A stretch of 64,000 nt of DNA from a virus. Taxonomy: Duplodnaviria; Caudoviricetes. The DNA lies in IMG/VR virus record IMGVR_UViG_3300020365_000001. One strand, 5' to 3'. The position numbers and the translations under genes are program-made. Of the stretch, positions 59,325-64,000 are shown piece by piece (the first letter of the stretch is position 1; the number at the start of each line of letters is the position of its first letter). The notes beneath the pieces were generated by a model. That model had not been told where the DNA came from, searched no databases, and worked only from the letters and a program-made list of their open reading frames with translations.

Positions 59325-59343
59325 CAGATGCTGTGCACGTTTA

Positions 59344-59625
59344 TTATGCCACTAAAACATCTGGCACATCGGTATCATCGAAATCAGCAACATCTTCGGG
59401 CATAGGCATATCATCAATGCCAGGATCATACCAGTCTGATGCATACATAATCGCATCTTTCATCTGCTCTAATTCATCCTTACGTTGCTGCATTTTGTCG
59501 ATCTGTTTATCAATCAATGCAAGGCGAATCATCACAGTGTCGAGATCCATTCCATCGTAAGTTTCGGTCATAATTGTTTTACCTTTGAGTGCGTGAAAAC
59601 GTGGTTGTTTTTGAATAATAGACAT
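59344..59625 (-). CDS. Early-region coiled-coil hypothetical protein
   Basis: The start may be the internal MTETYDG; the C-terminus overlaps an early promoter dyad. Confidence 0.6.
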   Translation of the reverse strand: MSIIQKQPRFHALKGKTIMTETYDGMDLDTVMIRLALIDKQIDKMQQRKDELEQMKDAIMYASDWYDPGIDDMPMPEDVADFDDTDVPDVLVA

Positions 59626-59634
59626 AAACTTTCC

Positions 59635-60078
59635 TCAGAGATAGAGATAACCGCCCGACCAATCTGCACGGGCAAAACATTCTTCACGGGATGCAATGTT
59701 CAGAAGATTGAAACGCACAATCTTTGCAGGTGATTTGAATGATGCTGGTTTGTATACTTCACCAGTCTTTTTATCAACAAAAGCATGAACAGAAAGTTGA
59801 TTGCCAGTGTTCATTACAATTTTGTGATACTTTCGCCCACCTTCTTCAATATAAAAATCATAATCACAAATGCCATTCTTCAGTTCTTCAATGGTATCTT
59901 TATGATAACTGCCGATCTCATTACCTTCAGAAATTGCACGCTTGTGATGCTTTATGCAACGCTCAATATAGTTCATTTTGAGTGTTTCGCAGAGCATCAA
60001 AGTGTACTTACGAACATTCAACTGAATTGTGTTCTTTGCATCCTGTTGTGCAACGAAATCGGCGAAGTCAGTTTTCAT
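59635..60078 (-). CDS. Phage-type hypothetical protein
   Basis: 'RKYHKIV...SVHAFVDKKTGEVYKPAS.KSPAK.VRFNL...ADWSGGYLY', recognisable from T4-like phage early regions. Confidence 0.8.
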   Translation of the reverse strand: MKTDFADFVAQQDAKNTIQLNVRKYTLMLCETLKMNYIERCIKHHKRAISEGNEIGSYHKDTIEELKNGICDYDFYIEEGGRKYHKIVMNTGNQLSVHAFVDKKTGEVYKPASFKSPAKIVRFNLLNIASREECFARADWSGGYLYL

Positions 60079-60156
60079 TGAAGTTTCTCAACTGTTGATA
60101 CAATACATGAAATAAGTCTCAGTGCACGTTTATTGTGCCACTAAAACTATTGTCAC
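60077..60156 (-). repeat. 80-bp direct repeat copy A (early promoter cassette); partner at 60436-60515
   Basis: 74/80 identical by manual alignment; contains the dyad motif and a TATTGT -10. Confidence 0.92.
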
Positions 60157-60434
60157 TTCACATACTCTAATTTCTTGGCATTTGTCACGGAGAAGTTATT
60201 ATAGTCGCTCATACTTACTGACACGTTATTAGGAAGAACGCTAAAATCTTCCCGTAGTTGCCAGAAACCGTCACCCTGTACGATAACAGCGAAACCGAAA
60301 CATCCTGCCATTGGCATCATATAAAGACCATGCTTTTCTGCTTCTTTTAGACTACAAAACCCGCGAGCAGTTATTGTCCATGTAATGCCAAATTGATCAC
60401 CACCAAAATAAGCACAAACGAATTCAGTAGGCAT
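60153..60434 (-). CDS. Early-region hypothetical protein
   Basis: 93-aa ORF bracketed by the two 80-bp repeats. Confidence 0.7.
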   Translation of the reverse strand: MPTEFVCAYFGGDQFGITWTITARGFCSLKEAEKHGLYMMPMAGCFGFAVIVQGDGFWQLREDFSVLPNNVSVSMSDYNNFSVTNAKKLEYVK

Positions 60435-60435
60435 G

Positions 60436-60515
60436 ATTGAAGTTTCTCAACTGTTGATACAATACATGAAATAAGTTCTAGTGCACGTTTATTGTGACAC
60501 TAGAACTATTGGCAC
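60436..60515 (-). repeat. 80-bp direct repeat copy B
   Basis: Partner of 60077-60156. Confidence 0.92.
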
Positions 60516-60521
60516 ACGGTG

Positions 60522-60659
60522 TTAGTTTGTGACGTAGATGTTCCTCGCATTGGTATACTTTGCTTCCATCAATTTGATGGCGTGATGAATACTCACAGCG
60601 GTGAAACTTTCTTCGATTCGGTAACCCTCAACGAGAGCACTTACGATGAATTGTCTCAT
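60522..60659 (-). CDS. 45-aa early hypothetical protein (not in track)
   Basis: MRQFIVSALVEGYRIEESFTAVSIHHAIKLMEAKYTNARNIYVTN. Confidence 0.6.
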   Translation of the reverse strand: MRQFIVSALVEGYRIEESFTAVSIHHAIKLMEAKYTNARNIYVTN

Positions 60660-60811
60660 TCTAGATCTCCTGGTAAAAACTCTTGAAATTCGTGAAAATA
60701 GTAGTCTTCAGTGATACCGAACTTTTCGCAAAGAAACTTCACTGAATCATAACTTTCCTGATCCATTTCAACAACGAAATGTTCAGTTTCAACGGTGATT
60801 ACATCATTCAT
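60656..60811 (-). CDS. 51-aa early hypothetical protein (not in track)
   Basis: MNDVITVETEHFVVEMDQESYDSVKFLCEKFGITEDYYFHEFQEFLPGDLE; ATGA-coupled. Confidence 0.6.
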   Translation of the reverse strand: MNDVITVETEHFVVEMDQESYDSVKFLCEKFGITEDYYFHEFQEFLPGDLE

Positions 60812-60847
60812 GGTGAAATTTGAGTACAATGACAATATATCAGAGTC

Positions 60848-61471
60848 TTAGATAAATTGTAAGACTCCTGTGACACTTTGCGAAGCGTCTTTCTTACTAA
60901 CTCGTTGTTTTGCTCGTTGATACAATGCTTGATCACTTTCACATCCCCAGTAATGACGACCGAGACGTTTTGCACTCACAGCAGTATCACCATCTCCCAT
61001 GAATATATCAAGCACAGTATCACCAGGGATAGTATATGCGTTGATTAGTAGTTCATCAAGAGATTGACGAGATGTAGATGAATGGACGCAAGTGTAGTGA
61101 TCACTATCATTTTTGTAAGTGAAATCCTTGCCCTTTGAGTAACACCAAGCATGTTGATGTTTGTGTGCAAAGTTCTTCTTACTACGACGACCAGTTCTAC
61201 ACTCAAACACGATCTCATTCTGCTCTGTTAGTTGTTTGTTACGATTCAGAGCATACTTATACACTAAGAACGATTCATTCTTGAGTGTTCCCCACACAAT
61301 CATCATCCCATTGGGTTTCAATACACGCACACATTCTGTGGTCCATTTCATACACCAACTGAGATACTTTTTACCTCCACCAGGTGGAGGTTCAGTGAGG
61401 ACGAGATCAACAGAATTGTCCTTCAATTTACTGAGAAACTGTAAACAATCCTTGTGCTGTAATTTATTCAT
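60848..61471 (-). CDS. Beta-class N6-adenine/N4-cytosine DNA methyltransferase homolog with degenerate catalytic motifs
   Basis: Family layout 'DCLQFL..L.DNSVDLVLT', 'RVLKPNG', 'PGDTVLDIF.G.G.T...A..LGR...G.E'. Motif IV reads EPPP rather than (D/N/S)PPY, and HPTxKP is missing. Confidence 0.8.
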   Translation of the reverse strand: MNKLQHKDCLQFLSKLKDNSVDLVLTEPPPGGGKKYLSWCMKWTTECVRVLKPNGMMIVWGTLKNESFLVYKYALNRNKQLTEQNEIVFECRTGRRSKKNFAHKHQHAWCYSKGKDFTYKNDSDHYTCVHSSTSRQSLDELLINAYTIPGDTVLDIFMGDGDTAVSAKRLGRHYWGCESDQALYQRAKQRVSKKDASQSVTGVLQFI

Positions 61472-61998
61472 AAGTTGGCATACAATGACTTCATGAAGGG
61501 AAAGTCTTGGGGGAATCCATCAAGGAAAAATGTACCTGAGTTCACGGTTTTACCACCATGTTGGTTGTACTTCCAGAACCCATTCTCATCTTGTGCTGAC
61601 ACGAACTCATCAACTTCTTGTTTGGTTGATGAATACATCTCAACACGATCAGGATACATTGCCAGGAAGATAATCACATCATAGTCTTGACTAGTGCGAA
61701 TTTGTTGCCAACGAAACTGATCACCACCACCCCACAACATCGATCCTTTGATTTCACATCGACGACCGTTGATGATACGATCGTATTCACTTTGTTTTGG
61801 ACGAGTAACTGCGAACCCAAGATGTTTGCAGTATTCACTAACAAGTTGCTCAAAGAACTTTCCCTTGCGTTTGCTACTCATTTCTTTGTAGACACGAAAG
61901 GGAGAATCAATGTAGAGATCAGCATCACGATCATTCAATGCATCATCGTGAGTCTGATAACTTTCAATGAACTGAGCAGGAATCGTGGTGTCAATCAT
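61468..61998 (-). CDS. PD-(D/E)XK restriction-endonuclease-like protein
   Basis: 'KGKFFEQLV...EYDRIINGRRCEIKGS...FRWQQIR...YD' fits the E...D...ExK core; ATGA-coupled to the MTase homolog. Confidence 0.7.
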   Translation of the reverse strand: MIDTTIPAQFIESYQTHDDALNDRDADLYIDSPFRVYKEMSSKRKGKFFEQLVSEYCKHLGFAVTRPKQSEYDRIINGRRCEIKGSMLWGGGDQFRWQQIRTSQDYDVIIFLAMYPDRVEMYSSTKQEVDEFVSAQDENGFWKYNQHGGKTVNSGTFFLDGFPQDFPFMKSLYANL

Positions 61999-62018
61999 GA
62001 TACTTTACTTAGGAATGT

Positions 62019-62351
62019 TCAGGACAGATCGATAACACCTGTTTTTTCGTCATTTCTAAACGGGAAAGCGACCGTGGCACCCTTACCCGTTTCCTTGGAC
62101 GAAAATTCTTGTTTGTGCAGTGGCACCACCACACTATTCCATGCTTTGATGTGAGAATTTTCCAGTTTTTGTTGCATATACGATGCAACACCTTCAATGC
62201 ACATGGCAGAGTTCAGAATTTCATCTGAATCACACTCATCACACAGTTTTTCGTTCAATTCGTGAAGCATTTGCTCAACGATCTTCAGTTGTGTGATGAC
62301 TTCATCCACGTCATTCATCACGGTCCACACCTGTTCGTAATCTAATGACAT
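62019..62351 (-). CDS. Early-region hypothetical protein
   Basis: Likely start at ATG 62351 (MSLDYEQVWTVMND...); the track start lies inside the terminator. Confidence 0.7.
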   Translation of the reverse strand: MSLDYEQVWTVMNDVDEVITQLKIVEQMLHELNEKLCDECDSDEILNSAMCIEGVASYMQQKLENSHIKAWNSVVVPLHKQEFSSKETGKGATVAFPFRNDEKTGVIDLS

Positions 62352-62370
62352 GATAAAGATAAAATAAGAG

Positions 62371-62399
62371 AAAAAAAATGCCACCGGTGTGGTGGCATT
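62371..62399 (-). terminator. Rho-independent terminator
   Basis: Minus strand AATGCCACC-ACACC-GGTGGCATT-TTTTTT. Confidence 0.8.
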
Positions 62400-62420
62400 A
62401 TGAACCTGATCAGAGAGTGA

Positions 62421-62642
62421 TCAGACAGCAACCTGCTGGAGGTTGCCCTCACGGCGGTACTTAGCAATCAGGCGACCAACCGACTCGCCTTTGGCGATGG
62501 TGGTCTCAAGGTCGGAGCGAAGGACGGAAGCATCCTTAGCAACGAAGTCATAAGCGGTGTCCTTAGAGGTGAACTGGACAGACACAGCGTTGTCGGTACC
62601 GAAGTCGATAGCAGCGATTGCGGAAGAACCAGTGATGTTCAT
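62421..62642 (-). CDS. Small KTSC-like hypothetical protein
   Basis: 'SSAIAAIDF...VSVQF....Y.F...GESVGRLI' resembles the KTSC pattern; it has its own promoter and terminator. Confidence 0.55.
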   Translation of the reverse strand: MNITGSSAIAAIDFGTDNAVSVQFTSKDTAYDFVAKDASVLRSDLETTIAKGESVGRLIAKYRREGNLQQVAV

Positions 62643-62716
62643 GATGAAAAAGTGAAATGTAAGTTGGAGCAGTGACGATCTTTTGGTGGGGCGGCGTCTC
62701 TCCCCTTGTTGTCCTA

Positions 62717-62774
62717 ATTATAGCGCCTGATCAACCTGGCGCTCTTGGATGGGTGACAGTTCGTCATCTGGCAC
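62717..62774 (-). promoter_or_regulatory. Early promoter: dyad, stem-loop and TATAAT
   Basis: Minus strand GTGCCAG-N8-CTGTCAC, an AGCGCC...GGCGCT hairpin, then TATAAT. Confidence 0.7.
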
Positions 62775-62954
62775 ATCCTCGTTGACTCCAATCATGGATT
62801 CGTAGTAGGTGTCATAGTCGATGCCGATGTAGCGGGCGAGTTCTTCGTAGTCATTGTGACAGCGCAGTTCTCGTTGCAGTGCAAGGTAATCGGAGAGATC
62901 CATGGAAGCAATGAGGCAGACAGTAATCTTAGCACGGGTTGAGACATTTCTCAA
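62718..62954 (-). CDS. Early-region hypothetical protein
   Basis: The start is probably the internal MDLSDY; the C-terminus overlaps the promoter dyad. Confidence 0.55.
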   Translation of the reverse strand: MRNVSTRAKITVCLIASMDLSDYLALQRELRCHNDYEELARYIGIDYDTYYESMIGVNEDVPDDELSPIQERQVDQAL

Positions 62955-62995
62955 CCCTTATTCTGTTTGCCTCATAACACTGAGGCGTATGTTAT

Positions 62996-64000
62996 TTAGA
63001 TAGACTCATCTTCAACAATGTCCACATGTTCATCCAGTTTAGTATACAACTGCATGAATGACAGTTTGGTATCATCATCGAAACGATTCAAGCACATTTC
63101 GATTGCTTTCATCTTGTCACCAAAGATGCTATATGCTCGCACAATATGCACCAGGCGACGAGTTGAAATAATTTCATCGATGCCACCATCATTGAATGTT
63201 TTGCGTACAATGTCTGCCCAATCTACAAGATGCTTGTAGAAGTCAGTATGATCACCAGTAGCAGGAATGTTGAGAGATTCAGCAACATTAGCGAGAATCT
63301 TCTTCTCTACTGCTGGTGTTGGATACTGTTGCTCGAAGGTGATAGGGAATCGCTCAAGAAATGCTTCATTGAGAACATTTGTGCCAATGAATCGTCCATC
63401 ATCAGAACCCTTACCTTTTGTGTTGGCAGTAGCAACAACATTGAAACCAGGTGCTGGTTTGATATGTTCACCGATCTTCTTCAGGAAGACACCATTACCT
63501 TCGAGAATAGATTGCAGGCACAAAATCTTATTTGATGCCAGGTCAATCTCATCTAGCAGCAACAATGCTCCACGTTCCATTGCATCAACAACAGGACCAT
63601 TATGCCAGACAGTCTCACCATTTACCAGGCGGAAACCACCGATAAGATCATCTTCATCCGTCTCAATAGTGATATTCACACGGATACATTCTCTGCCAAG
63701 TTGTGCACATGCTTGCTCAACACCAAATGTTTTACCATTACCAGACATGCCAGTAATAAACACTGGATAGAACTGGTGAGATTGAACAACTTTCTTCAGG
63801 TCAGTAAATCCACCAAAGGTAACAAAAGTATTATCTTTGGTAGGAATCAGCGACTCTTTAGTTTTAGTCTGAACTGGTGTCTCTTTTACATCATACTGAA
63901 CACTACCATCAGGATTAGCGGTAGATGTTAGAGTCCACTGCCCTCGCTTGGTTTTATACTTGTTCAGATACTTGGTGAGTGTCTGATAACCAACGTCATG
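62996..64000 (-). CDS. cobS: CobS-like (MoxR-type) AAA+ ATPase, 5'-truncated by the window end
   Basis: Walker A 'GMSGNGKT', 'ITIETDEDDLIGGFRL', Walker B 'LLLDEID' and 'NEAFLERF'. The frame stays open to 64000 (HDVGYQTLTKYLNKYKTKRGQWTL), matching the cyanophage CobS N-terminus. Confidence 0.92.
   Translation of the reverse strand, partial: HDVGYQTLTKYLNKYKTKRGQWTLTSTANPDGSVQYDVKETPVQTKTKESLIPTKDNTFVTFGGFTDLKKVVQSHQFYPVFITGMSGNGKTFGVEQACAQLGRECIRVNITIETDEDDLIGGFRLVNGETVWHNGPVVDAMERGALLLLDEIDLASNKILCLQSILEGNGVFLKKIGEHIKPAPGFNVVATANTKGKGSDDGRFIGTNVLNEAFLERFPITFEQQYPTPAVEKKILANVAESLNIPATGDHTDFYKHLVDWADIVRKTFNDGGIDEIISTRRLVHIVRAYSIFGDKMKAIEMCLNRFDDDTKLSFMQLYTKLDEHVDIVEDESI

Noticed and set aside
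57698-60515. Integron attC sites or IS ends as an explanation for the early-region repeats
   Set aside because: No integrase or transposase is present, and the repeats coincide with promoter, leader and RBS elements.
62996-64000. cobS as evidence of cobalamin synthesis
   Set aside because: The phage protein is a MoxR-type AAA ATPase common in T4-like cyanophages, and no other cob genes are present here.
1-64000. tRNA/rRNA genes, introns, homing endonucleases, diversity-generating retroelement, photosynthesis genes
   Set aside because: None were recognised by eye. Core genes such as gp17, gp18 and gp20 look uninterrupted. A tRNAscan or Infernal run would be needed to exclude RNA genes formally.

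Overview
This window comes from a T4-like cyanomyophage (probably infecting marine Synechococcus/Prochlorococcus). Bases 1-47,400 hold the minus-strand virion module: gp25-gp6-gp7 (in two ORFs)-gp8, a large DUF4815/VrlC-like protein, fibres, gp13-gp22 and the 5' part of gp23. An accessory island (16.3-19.6 kb) interrupts it, with P-loop proteins, an SGNH-like protein, a ferritin-like diiron protein and a SAM methyltransferase. A second island (47.6-55.3 kb) encodes a glycosyltransferase-like protein, a NodU/CmcH carbamoyltransferase with a tiny coupled DPFIY peptide, two head-to-head sulfotransferase-fold paralogs and four tandem SGNH-like paralogs. Next come a structured non-coding locus with divergent promoters (56.0-56.8 kb) and an early region of small ORFs with repeated, mosaic promoter cassettes, ending in a truncated CobS-like AAA ATPase. 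The most striking observation is that I found no TTAA anywhere in 64 kb by manual reading, while the early region encodes a PD-(D/E)XK endonuclease coupled to a catalytically degenerate DNA methyltransferase. This suggests (inference) a restriction system that attacks host DNA while the phage is protected by lacking the site rather than by methylation. All calls are from motif recognition only; no searches were run.
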